From: Candidatus Micrarchaeota archaeon
GTDB taxonomy: Archaea > Micrarchaeota > Micrarchaeia > Anstonellales > Bilamarchaeaceae
NCBI GenBank assembly: GCA_038046805.1
Contig: JBBSVO010000006.1
Location: forward strand, 132,452-196,451
Direction of reading: 5' to 3'
Length of the DNA: 64,000 nt
Shown here: piece by piece, positions 19,300-28,492 of the stretch
How positions within the stretch are numbered: the stretch's first letter is position 1
Layout: every line of letters starts with the position of its first letter
Made by a program: the position numbers and the translations under genes
The notes under the pieces: generated by a model
Told to the model about the DNA's origin: nothing
Seen by the model: the letters and a program-made list of their open reading frames with translations, nothing else
Databases searched by the model: none

Positions 19300-20937
19300 A
19301 TGCCTGAACCAAAATTTAAACAAAGAGATGATCTTGCTTCTGTACAGTTAGAGTTGGCGAATGCGTTAAGGCCACTTCTGGAATACAAATCTCTTTCTGC
19401 CAGGGAGCTTGGAAGACAGCTTACTATCCTTAGCGAAGTTGTTAAGCGCATGTCCACTTCAGGTAACCTTGATGAGAACAGTGCGAGTTTCATTGGAAAG
19501 ACATTACGTCCGATTATAAGCGATTCAAACGTCAGTGAAAATACCCGTGCATATGCACGGTCTATTTTAATTCCGCTTTCCAGGCCAACACCTGCTGGTG
19601 CAAGGGAAGGCGCTGCGGCTGCAGGAGGAGTGGTTAGCGAACTTGATCCATATCGTTACTCTCTTTTGACCGGGACAGATGCAGCTGCTCAATTTGGAAG
19701 AGATTTAGAAAAGATACTCCATTATGAACCAATTATTCAGGGTGCAATAAAACCAACTACTGATAAGGGAACCTCATTTACTTTGGCTCCAATCGTTCCT
19801 GCAGAGCTTGGAGGGTATTTTGGTTATAATCTGATTAGCGACAAAGGAGACATCGAGACCGCACAAAAACTTAGTAATGCTGTTTTAAGGGTTCAAGCCG
19901 GACTCGCCGGTCCACGAGAGACTGTGTGGCTGGCAAATCAATTCGCCGGGTCAGATCAGCTAAAAAAAGAACTTGGGGCAGATACCTTTTCTAAATTTGT
20001 TTCTGAACTCAAAAAAGGAAATGTTGATGAGGCGATGAAACTGCTTCCAGAAGGCAATGCAATGAAACAATATCTTGGTAAGGTAAAAGAACAAGGCGTT
20101 TCTATCGAGGAAAGGTCGGATCGCGAGAGCATTACCTTATATCGTTGGGGCGCAGGAATAATCCTCAAATTTGATGAGCAGGAGTACAAACTTTGGCGCA
20201 AATTAAATACCCGTACAGAGAGCAATCCTCTTTATGTTGTTATTTTGGCAGTAGGTGTTGGTTATTCAGATTCAATGTTAAAGTACAATATGGTGAAGAC
20301 TGAGAGAAGGCCTGGAAAAGAGCCGGTAGTCACCACTACAAAAAAGTCAAAAGAACTGACAGACGCATGGTATGAAAAGGGAACACTGGATGTTGCTGGT
20401 GCGGTTGGAGTCGGAGCCGTAGCTTCAGTCCTTAAGGTTCATGTGGATGCATATGAGCAGTCTATTTCCATTACACCTCTCGCACAGTATACTGCTGGTG
20501 GTGCGGGTCTTATCGGAGTTCCTTATTTGTTAGACTTTAGGGAAATTAAATTTAAGCGTGGAACTACCGGAGAAAAGGATTTTTGGGACATTGAATTAAG
20601 AGGGGGTAAAGAGCTAGGGCCAGTTGGAAAAGTTCCGCTGGCAAGGTTACTTTCAGTTGATCTCGAAGCTGGCTGGGGGATGCTTCAGAACGGAATTGAC
20701 GGAAAAGTTACTTTATTGGCACGCCCGGGAGAGAGAGTCTGTATTTCCATTTCAGGCAAATTGGGCAGAGACGATATACGAAAATCTTTCTATGGTGGCG
20801 CTGCAGGAGTAAGATTTCCAATCTATGGGCCGTTTGAGGGAGAATTAAGCGGTTTTGTAACTCAATTTCCATCACCCAAATCCAAAAATCCGTATCTTGA
20901 AGCTGGTGGCTGGGCTAACTTAGTTGTTCGTTTCTAA
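19300..20937 (+). CDS. Orphan protein (545 aa) with beta-rich C-terminal half ending in Phe
   Basis: Long ORF 4 nt after the previous gene, likely co-transcribed. Confidence 0.8.
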   Translation: MPEPKFKQRDDLASVQLELANALRPLLEYKSLSARELGRQLTILSEVVKRMSTSGNLDENSASFIGKTLRPIISDSNVSENTRAYARSILIPLSRPTPAGAREGAAAAGGVVSELDPYRYSLLTGTDAAAQFGRDLEKILHYEPIIQGAIKPTTDKGTSFTLAPIVPAELGGYFGYNLISDKGDIETAQKLSNAVLRVQAGLAGPRETVWLANQFAGSDQLKKELGADTFSKFVSELKKGNVDEAMKLLPEGNAMKQYLGKVKEQGVSIEERSDRESITLYRWGAGIILKFDEQEYKLWRKLNTRTESNPLYVVILAVGVGYSDSMLKYNMVKTERRPGKEPVVTTTKKSKELTDAWYEKGTLDVAGAVGVGAVASVLKVHVDAYEQSISITPLAQYTAGGAGLIGVPYLLDFREIKFKRGTTGEKDFWDIELRGGKELGPVGKVPLARLLSVDLEAGWGMLQNGIDGKVTLLARPGERVCISISGKLGRDDIRKSFYGGAAGVRFPIYGPFEGELSGFVTQFPSPKSKNPYLEAGGWANLVVRF

Positions 20938-21045
20938 GGGCGCAAATCCGAGTGTTCAATCAACTGACAATATTCATGAACGGTTCGCCGTTCATGACAT
21001 CGATTGAGACAGGATAACATTCTTGTCTCAGGATAACTGATCTAT

Positions 21046-24000
21046 ATGGTTTCATATGTCGCTGGAACGTGGCGCTTCGTTCTACCTCTACTGCTACTTA
21101 TTGCCTTTTTTCCCCTCAGCTCTTTTGGCGTAGATAAGACTTATTCCTCTTATACTTTCTATAATTCTCCAGGAGTAACTGATGTTTATCTGAAAACAGA
21201 TATAGGTATTTCCAACAATGTCGAGGTTACGTCATTAGGCCTTCAGCTCCCATCTGGAGAATATTGTCCTGGGAAATTTTATGTTTCACCAAAGGTAAAT
21301 ATAAACTGGCCGAAAGACAAATCCAATTTTTATGTGGTTTCATATTATCCTCTTGGTAATACCGAATCCTGTTGGCCGCTTACTGGTTCGAGTAGTAAAA
21401 CCCAATGTCCTTATCTCCCAATTTCGTACAGTACTATAAACGAGAATAAAAATGCGGAATTTTTAAGCGATTCATCTTACGCGAGTGTTTTGTCTCTTGG
21501 TTTTTATCTTTCTTCATCATCAAATGTTTTGACGGATTTCTATGACCAAAAAATTGCAAAATACTTTGTTGAGGCAACAACAGGAAAGATATATGAAAAC
21601 AAAAAAGGCGGAGTCAATCTCTTCTGCAAAGGCGCGTCATCAATTGTTGTTGATGGCGCCACGATGACGACACAGTCTTTGGCCAGTACTTCATCGCAGA
21701 GCATTGCACTTGGAGAAGGGGCTCACTCTGTCTCATCCAAATTATCTGGTCTTGAATGTGTCGGTGCAGTAAAAAAGTATCCGGATGATGATAAATTTTT
21801 CAGAGTATATCTGTTTAAAGAGAATCCATGGGTTCCGAGTTTGAGTGACACCACTGCGTCACTGTCGGTAACTGTTCTAAATACGCAATTTTCCGCAACA
21901 GCTACAAAATCCTATCCAACTACTTCAAATATTCTTATTTCGCCAGGGGGGACAACCAATGTATATATCCTGGTTAAAAATACGGGCGATGTTCCAGTAA
22001 AGGCATCAAGCATAATGCTTGGTGCGTCGAGCCCTGGTTTTACTATTGGTCCAGGACCTGTCAGTGCGGTAAATCCGTTCAATCCATTCGGTTCTCCAAT
22101 CCAGAACAGCTATAACAAGGAAATCGCCCCGGGTGAGGAGGGAACAGTTATCCTAACAATTACTGCGCCAAATACGATTCCAGATAATGCAAAAGTTAAT
22201 TTCAAACTCAAGGTTTCTGCAACTGAAAAAACCTGCGTTGGAAAAGATACCTACGAAACAGTTGACTTGTCATTTGACTATCAGATAACCCCGTTGAATC
22301 AGGCGGATAACTGCAAATTCGATCCTACTTCAAAAACAATAAACAAGGATGCAACGGATTATTTCACTCTTTCCTGTACTGATCAAAACAATGCTCCCAT
22401 TGCATGTCCGAAAGACATTTCCGTGACTGCTGATCCAAGCGATATTGTAAGCCTTTTATTATACGAGCCGACAACCGGAACAACCATTGTAAAAGCTCTT
22501 GATTCCGGAAGCGGTGCCGTTGTCGCAATAAATTCATTCCCGTTCTTCATCTGTTATGCTAATGTTACTGTGCCCAAGGTTGATGTTCCTCCGCCACAGA
22601 AAAAGAAAGACTGCGTGCTTGCACCATCCACCCAAACAATAAACGGAACAGGAAATTCCGCGGAATACACTCTCACGTGTCTTCAGGATGCAGTTGCAGT
22701 TCCATGTCCGAACAGCAACGAAATTACAGTCACTACAAGCAGTCTTGTTTCTTTTGACAGCTATTCCAAATTAGGTTCTGGTCAGGCAAAAATACAGGTT
22801 ACTTCCAAATCAGAAGGCAGCGGTTCAATCGCAGTAAGCGACAAAAAAGGAATGGTTTGCAGTGCAGATGTTGTTGTTGAAAAGCCAACTCAGCCTCCTC
22901 CACCCGTAGAGCCTGTAAAGACCTGTGCAATTTCTCCTTCACCCCAGACAGTTGAGGGCCTTGGAAAAAACATGGAATTCACAATGCTTTGTTATTCTGA
23001 CGGAAATCCGACTTTGTGCGAATCTACTGCATCTGCAGCAGGCCTTACGGTTACAAATGGCGTTGGAACAATCAGTAGCTATTCTGTTAAAGGAAAATCA
23101 TCCACACTTATCAATGTCACAAGTACTGCGCTTGGAAATGGAAAGCTTCAGGTTTCAACAAGCAAATCAGGGCCCCCATTGTGCGAGGCAGACATTACTG
23201 TAAAATCTCCGCCAACACCTCCGCCAAATCAAACTCCTACAGTTTATTCCTGCGATGTTACTCCGGATAATCCTCTTGTAACTCAGAACAAACCACAGAC
23301 ATTTTTAGTAGAATGCTTCAACAACAGCAAATCAATTCCATGCACTGATGTTTCCTGGGGAGCCGTACCTGCTCTTGAAGCAAAGGCAAATCTGTTACTC
23401 AATAATATGGCTATTTTCACTATTTCCGGGCAACCAGGAACTCTTGGTGCCGTATCCGCGCTTCCATTTAATCAGGCAACAATCTGTTCCACAAACGTGG
23501 TTATAGCCGCAGAGGTGCCACCTCCACCGGCAAACGAGACGCCGGTAACGCCACAAATTGATTCCTGTGCAATTTCCCCGGATTCCCAATCAATAGAAGG
23601 CCAAGGCGTTTATACATCCTATTCGCTTGTGTGTTATGCAAACAAAACAGTTACTACCTGTCCTGAATTTTCCGGCATGGGTATTTCCATTCCTAATGGT
23701 GTTGGTTCTGTAGAGAAATATGAGGTATCAAAGCAAATTGCAACTATTGATGTCCTCACCCAATCATTTGGTATAGGAACCCTTTCGGTTTCATCAAAGA
23801 ATAAATCTTTTTCATGCAGTGCCGCACTTGAAGTTACTGAACCAGCACAACCAACAGTGCGGAACACGTGTGCAATCGCTCCGTCCGGGGTTACCGTTAC
23901 CCAAAACGCGTCCACTAGTTTCTCTGTTGCGTGCATGACAAATTTTGCACCTGCGCCCTGTTTTAATATAACCTGGACCGCAAGGAGCATCGATGCCAAA

Positions 24001-24990
24001 CTAATCTCCTTTGGTCACCAATTTGCGATATTTAATTTCACTTCTCCACCGGGAACTTTGGGCGAGGTTGATGTAAATTGGAACAATGATGCACTATGTA
24101 CTGCCGCGGTTCTCGTGGATACGCCCGTGCTTCCACCAGGAAACTTAACCAACCTCACAAACCTAACCAACCTAACTAATTTGACTAATTTAACCAACTT
24201 GACAAATCTAACCAACCTTACGAACTTAACCAACCTCACAAACCTAACCAATCTGACTAATCTAACCAACTTGACAAACCTAACCAATCTTACCAATATT
24301 ACTAACCTGACTAACATAACCAACGGAACCACGGGGTTCAGGGAATTTTGCAGGATTACCGCACCGTTTTTGGTTGTGCCTAACGTCAGTTTTGACATGG
24401 ATTTGAATTGTTACGATGAAATCGGGCTTCCGGTATCATGCGACAATGTTGCATGGGGCACAAGCCTTCCAGGCGGTCTTTATGTGTGGGATGCACAGGA
24501 GGACCGCGGTGCGTTAATGACTGTAAATTACGGGGGCAACATTACCTTTTCAGTATCCGCGGATGTAAACAAGTTGTTTCCGTATTCATGTTCCGCGAAC
24601 ATTACTCTTGTCGGTTCAGGTGCAAACATAACCAATCTGACAAATCTTACAAACGCAACCGAATTCTTTGAAGCATGCGCCTTGAAGCCATATTTCTGGC
24701 TTGCAAAACCAGGTGAGCAACGCGATTTTGACCTGTCATGTATTTTGGATATTAAGAATGGAACAACTGAGGACTGCTCTAATGTAAACTGGGATGTTTC
24801 AACAACTGATTTCAGCATTACCGAGCACGCCATCAATGAGTCAAAGGCGATAGTTACATCCGCTCCGCTCGTTGGAGGAAACTACACGACAATCCTTTCA
24901 GTTACCGCAACCGGAACAAAAACAGGGAAGAAATACAAATGCACTGCGGACCTGATGCTTGGCGGAATGTTCTGCCATGATTACGTTTAA
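21046..24990 (+). CDS. Large secreted surface protein with repeated Cys-bonded Ig-like modules and an (NLT)n glycosylation array
   Basis: Signal peptide; about 100-aa repeats (C.I.P..Q.....F.L.C......PC...C.A.V.V) separated by Pro linkers. Confidence 0.85.
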   Translation: MVSYVAGTWRFVLPLLLLIAFFPLSSFGVDKTYSSYTFYNSPGVTDVYLKTDIGISNNVEVTSLGLQLPSGEYCPGKFYVSPKVNINWPKDKSNFYVVSYYPLGNTESCWPLTGSSSKTQCPYLPISYSTINENKNAEFLSDSSYASVLSLGFYLSSSSNVLTDFYDQKIAKYFVEATTGKIYENKKGGVNLFCKGASSIVVDGATMTTQSLASTSSQSIALGEGAHSVSSKLSGLECVGAVKKYPDDDKFFRVYLFKENPWVPSLSDTTASLSVTVLNTQFSATATKSYPTTSNILISPGGTTNVYILVKNTGDVPVKASSIMLGASSPGFTIGPGPVSAVNPFNPFGSPIQNSYNKEIAPGEEGTVILTITAPNTIPDNAKVNFKLKVSATEKTCVGKDTYETVDLSFDYQITPLNQADNCKFDPTSKTINKDATDYFTLSCTDQNNAPIACPKDISVTADPSDIVSLLLYEPTTGTTIVKALDSGSGAVVAINSFPFFICYANVTVPKVDVPPPQKKKDCVLAPSTQTINGTGNSAEYTLTCLQDAVAVPCPNSNEITVTTSSLVSFDSYSKLGSGQAKIQVTSKSEGSGSIAVSDKKGMVCSADVVVEKPTQPPPPVEPVKTCAISPSPQTVEGLGKNMEFTMLCYSDGNPTLCESTASAAGLTVTNGVGTISSYSVKGKSSTLINVTSTALGNGKLQVSTSKSGPPLCEADITVKSPPTPPPNQTPTVYSCDVTPDNPLVTQNKPQTFLVECFNNSKSIPCTDVSWGAVPALEAKANLLLNNMAIFTISGQPGTLGAVSALPFNQATICSTNVVIAAEVPPPPANETPVTPQIDSCAISPDSQSIEGQGVYTSYSLVCYANKTVTTCPEFSGMGISIPNGVGSVEKYEVSKQIATIDVLTQSFGIGTLSVSSKNKSFSCSAALEVTEPAQPTVRNTCAIAPSGVTVTQNASTSFSVACMTNFAPAPCFNITWTARSIDAKLISFGHQFAIFNFTSPPGTLGEVDVNWNNDALCTAAVLVDTPVLPPGNLTNLTNLTNLTNLTNLTNLTNLTNLTNLTNLTNLTNLTNLTNLTNLTNLTNITNLTNITNGTTGFREFCRITAPFLVVPNVSFDMDLNCYDEIGLPVSCDNVAWGTSLPGGLYVWDAQEDRGALMTVNYGGNITFSVSADVNKLFPYSCSANITLVGSGANITNLTNLTNATEFFEACALKPYFWLAKPGEQRDFDLSCILDIKNGTTEDCSNVNWDVSTTDFSITEHAINESKAIVTSAPLVGGNYTTILSVTATGTKTGKKYKCTADLMLGGMFCHDYV
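24142..24330 (+). repeat. 21 tandem 9-bp units encoding N-[LIG]-T
   Basis: 17x NLT, then NIT NLT NIT NGT, with varied synonymous codons. Confidence 0.97.
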
Positions 24991-25376
24991 ATGGCATTAT
25001 CTATTATCTCCTTAATCCCAATATCCACTTCTTCAATATCTGTTTTTTCTATTCCTTTGAAAAAAGAACCCATCGCCAGTGGTTTCATAGAGGAAATTAT
25101 CGTTTTCCCATCAGTCTCAAAAACCGAAATTCTGCACGGCATGCAAATGGAGATGAACGGATTTTTCGTCAATACCATATCCGCGTTTTTCGCAGAGCAG
25201 AATTCGATTATCTTCATATTGCCGTGCGAAAATCCCTTTGCCGCGAGCCTTTCCCGGATATCGTAAACCGCGAATATCGCCCAGCTCTTTTTTTCAATAT
25301 TTTTCATTACGGAAACGACCGCATCATCAAATAGTTTTTCCGTGATTTTTGAGAATATAAAATCTGTTTCATCCAT
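24987..25376 (-). CDS. DUF302 domain protein
   Basis: IIEFCSAK.A, ICMPCRISVFE motifs. Confidence 0.85.
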   Translation of the reverse strand: MDETDFIFSKITEKLFDDAVVSVMKNIEKKSWAIFAVYDIRERLAAKGFSHGNMKIIEFCSAKNADMVLTKNPFISICMPCRISVFETDGKTIISSMKPLAMGSFFKGIEKTDIEEVDIGIKEIIDNAI

Positions 25377-25415
25377 TCATCTCACCGTCCATACGTTCTG
25401 GTATGAATATCCTGT

Positions 25416-26909
25416 TTATATTATCCCGTGCGTCTCGGTCAATCTCGGAACAATAATCTCATATTTCCGCTCAATTTCATCCTTGAATTCCGAGCTTTTC
25501 TCTCCATGCACAAGGAAAATCCGCTTAAGCCTTTTTATTCCCTTGACAAACCGGACAAGGTCGTCGTGGTCTGCATGCCCTGAGATGCGAACTTCAGCAA
25601 CTTTCATGTTTATCTCAATCTCTTTTTCTCCCTGGCCTCGGAATTCGTCTTCCTCGTCAGGTTCTGGTTTAATGCCGCCCACGTTCGTTTTTGATGCTTC
25701 TTTCTCTCCATGTCTTCTTCTTTCCCTGCCCCTGCCAAGCCGCATTCTTTTCTGGCCATTGAGAAGCGCCCTTCCGCGCGTTCCCTCTGCCTGATATCCG
25801 ACAAATATCAACTTGTTTTTAGGGTTTCCTGCTAATTTCTCTATGTAAAATAATGCCGGACCGCCGCTGAGCATACCTGAGGTAGTGACTATTATCGCCG
25901 GCTCTGCCAATACGTCCTCCCGTTCCTTTGATTTCGGGTGGAAAAAGAACGGGCTGTTGAACGGGTCGTCTTCGCTCATCAGGATTCTTTTCTTTATGTC
26001 ATCATTGGCGTAGTACGCGTTGTGCCTGTATATTCGCATTGCCTTTCCGATCATCCCATCAATGTATATTTTTGTTTTTCCGAGCGCTCCAGAGCGCATG
26101 TAATCGTCTAATAAAAGCAAAATCTCCTGCGCCCTTCCAACTGCGAACGAAGGAACTATCACGTGCCCGCCTTCATTCAGCGTTTTGTTTATCTCCCCAA
26201 CAAGCTTTTTCGCGGATTCCTTCATGGTTGGCAAAACATCATGTTTTCCGGCATATGTGGTTTCCATAATCAGGGTTTCCGCACTTAATCCCTGCTCACA
26301 CCCATCCAGTATTCTGGTATTGCGCGTGCAAATATCTCCGGTATAAAGTATTCCGCCTTTTTCGTTTATTCTGACCATTGCACTTCCTAGTATGTGCCCT
26401 GCATTATGTAATGTAAATTCAAATGGTCCTTGCGTAGGCTCATGATACTCAACCATGTTCATCTGCTGAAGCGCATTATCCACGTCCTGTTGTTTGAATA
26501 ATTTTTCCTTTTGTATTCTGCGATAATCTGATAACAGAACTCCGGCAAGGTCTCGCGTTGGTTTTGTTGCGTATACTGTTGGTTTTGCCTTGGCAGCGTA
26601 AATATGCGGGAGATATCCAGAATGGTCCAGATGTGCGTGGGTTATCACGATTCCCTGAATGTTTTTTATGTCATTATCTGAAAGCGCAGGGTATTGGGTC
26701 ACTTCTCCAAGTTTTATTCCGCAGTCAAGCAGCATGCTTTTGGGTTTGCCCCTTCCTCCGTGGCCGTGAGCCTGTCCGGTTTCCTCCAGCAATATCGCGC
26801 TTCTTCCGACTTCTTCAGCTCCGCCGTAAAATGTTGCCCTTATGATCTCACCATTCAAACCATCCCCAACTTTATTTTTGCTTCTTCGCTCATTAAGTCT
26901 GGCGTCCAT
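25416..26909 (-). CDS. Beta-CASP metallo-beta-lactamase ribonuclease (aCPSF-like, no KH domains); true start may be nearer 26858
   Basis: GGAEEVGRS, THAHLDHSG, AGHILGS, YTGD, FAVGRAQE, SGMLSGG, SGHADH. Confidence 0.92.
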   Translation of the reverse strand: MDARLNERRSKNKVGDGLNGEIIRATFYGGAEEVGRSAILLEETGQAHGHGGRGKPKSMLLDCGIKLGEVTQYPALSDNDIKNIQGIVITHAHLDHSGYLPHIYAAKAKPTVYATKPTRDLAGVLLSDYRRIQKEKLFKQQDVDNALQQMNMVEYHEPTQGPFEFTLHNAGHILGSAMVRINEKGGILYTGDICTRNTRILDGCEQGLSAETLIMETTYAGKHDVLPTMKESAKKLVGEINKTLNEGGHVIVPSFAVGRAQEILLLLDDYMRSGALGKTKIYIDGMIGKAMRIYRHNAYYANDDIKKRILMSEDDPFNSPFFFHPKSKEREDVLAEPAIIVTTSGMLSGGPALFYIEKLAGNPKNKLIFVGYQAEGTRGRALLNGQKRMRLGRGRERRRHGEKEASKTNVGGIKPEPDEEDEFRGQGEKEIEINMKVAEVRISGHADHDDLVRFVKGIKRLKRIFLVHGEKSSEFKDEIERKYEIIVPRLTETHGII

Positions 26910-27196
26910 CTCGGTTCCCAGACAACCTCTACTACGACGTCTTTGACGCCCTTAAGCTTTTTGGTCTTCTCCTCGCAATCACTTAGGATATAACTCAAAA
27001 GCGGACATGCGGGTGTAGTGAACGTCATTTTTACATGGACGTTTTTGGTATTTTCATTTTTTCCGCCCTTGCGCGAGGTCTGTACAGTTTTTTCTATCAA
27101 AACATCATAAATAAGGCCCAGGCTGACAATATCCACTCCCAGTTCGGGGTCCATAACATGTTTCAGTGCATTTAGAACTTCCTTTTTTGTGACCAT
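26855..27196 (-). CDS. Metal-sulfur cluster assembly factor (DUF59/SufT-like)
   Basis: VMDPELGVDIVSLGLIY, TTPACP, VWEPRWTPDLMS. Confidence 0.93.
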   Translation of the reverse strand: MVTKKEVLNALKHVMDPELGVDIVSLGLIYDVLIEKTVQTSRKGGKNENTKNVHVKMTFTTPACPLLSYILSDCEEKTKKLKGVKDVVVEVVWEPRWTPDLMSEEAKIKLGMV

Positions 27197-27280
27197 TCAA
27201 CCAGCTGTTTTTTTTGACCTGTTTTGATTTCCTGACGCACAATATTAAAGCTTGCGTTACAAATTAAGTAGGGGGATACA

Positions 27281-27673
27281 ATGAAAGAAATAACTATTAT
27301 AGCAAAGAACGCACTGGGCTCATTGGCAGTTGTTTCCGAGGCATTGGGAAATGTCGGGGTAAATATAGAAGCTATTTCTGCATATGAGAAAAATGACCGG
27401 GCTGTCTTTCGTCTTTTGACCAACGATGTTAATACTACGATGAAAGCTCTTTCAAAAGTTCCGGATGTAACCGCACGTTCTGAAGATGTGATTGTCCTGA
27501 GGCTTGTAAACAGGCCGGGAGAGCTTGCCAAGATTACGAGAAAACTTGCGAATAAATCTGTTAATCTTGAAAGCTTATACATCGTCAGCAAGGCAAGCGA
27601 TTTCACAGAGGTTGCCGTAAAGCCTTCAGAAGCTGATTTTGAGAAAGCGAAGGGAGTGCTGGGGGTAAAGTAA
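27281..27673 (+). CDS. Tandem ACT domain protein
   Basis: GSLAVVSEALGNVGVNIE and NRPGELAKITRKLANKSVNLE. Confidence 0.88.
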   Translation: MKEITIIAKNALGSLAVVSEALGNVGVNIEAISAYEKNDRAVFRLLTNDVNTTMKALSKVPDVTARSEDVIVLRLVNRPGELAKITRKLANKSVNLESLYIVSKASDFTEVAVKPSEADFEKAKGVLGVK

Positions 27674-27730
27674 TTGTCTTACTGAGTCGAGGATCGTCTC
27701 GCGTTTTGAGTTCCGCGCGAAACTAGCAAA

Positions 27731-28471
27731 TCATCCGCTCGCTACTGCCGCCTGCGGTCTTGCAGCTTCCATTGCTCTTGCTTCCATATTCTCGTCTGCC
27801 ATAACTGCCCCTCTTGCAAGAAGTTCGTTTACAACGGCATCTGCCATACCTTTGGTATAAACGCAAAGGATCGGTTTCCAATCTAACAGAGCTGCAGTTC
27901 TAATCATTTCATTAACGTGCACTCTGGCATTAACTCTCGTTTCCTTTCTTCGACCAATCCAATTCCCAAAAATTCCGCCTGCAACAGCACCGATAACCAT
28001 AGAACCAACGATCAATAAGCCAGGGTCTGTCTGGCTTTGTAGTTGTGTGTGTTGTACATACAATAGATCTATCATAAGACCCGTGACAACTCCGCTTGTC
28101 AGGCCTATGCCAAGATATTCCATTACATCCACACGCAGGTCTTTATTGAGCGTGAATCTGTGGCTGCAATCTGTGCTTTGCTGGATATGCGGACAAGCGA
28201 ATCTCCCACTGTCCATTATTATTTCCAGAGTTTTATCTTTTCTCGGCGCCTCGTACAAAAAAGCCTTTGACATTCCGGCACTTCTCCCAATCGCGCTAAC
28301 CAGTCCGGATGGTAGCCCGCCATCATCGTGTTTCGGAATCTGCGAAACCCCTACAACCGAAATCAATGCGCCAACGGGCTCATACATCAATTTCCTGCAG
28401 GTTGCGAATGGTCTAGCTATCTTCCTCTCAGCAAACGCTGTAGTTCCCGTTGCAACTTGTCCACGCATCAT
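27731..28471 (-). CDS. Hypothetical membrane protein (2 TM, Gly-zipper-like)
   Basis: 246-aa ORF with GGTG RBS and two hydrophobic Gly-rich segments. Confidence 0.65.
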   Translation of the reverse strand: MMRGQVATGTTAFAERKIARPFATCRKLMYEPVGALISVVGVSQIPKHDDGGLPSGLVSAIGRSAGMSKAFLYEAPRKDKTLEIIMDSGRFACPHIQQSTDCSHRFTLNKDLRVDVMEYLGIGLTSGVVTGLMIDLLYVQHTQLQSQTDPGLLIVGSMVIGAVAGGIFGNWIGRRKETRVNARVHVNEMIRTAALLDWKPILCVYTKGMADAVVNELLARGAVMADENMEARAMEAARPQAAVASG

Positions 28472-28492
28472 GGCTTCACCATATATTTCGTT

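Noticed and set aside
24142..24330. Possible CRISPR array or non-coding satellite
   Set aside because: 9-bp units without spacers, in frame in a CDS, with synonymous variation
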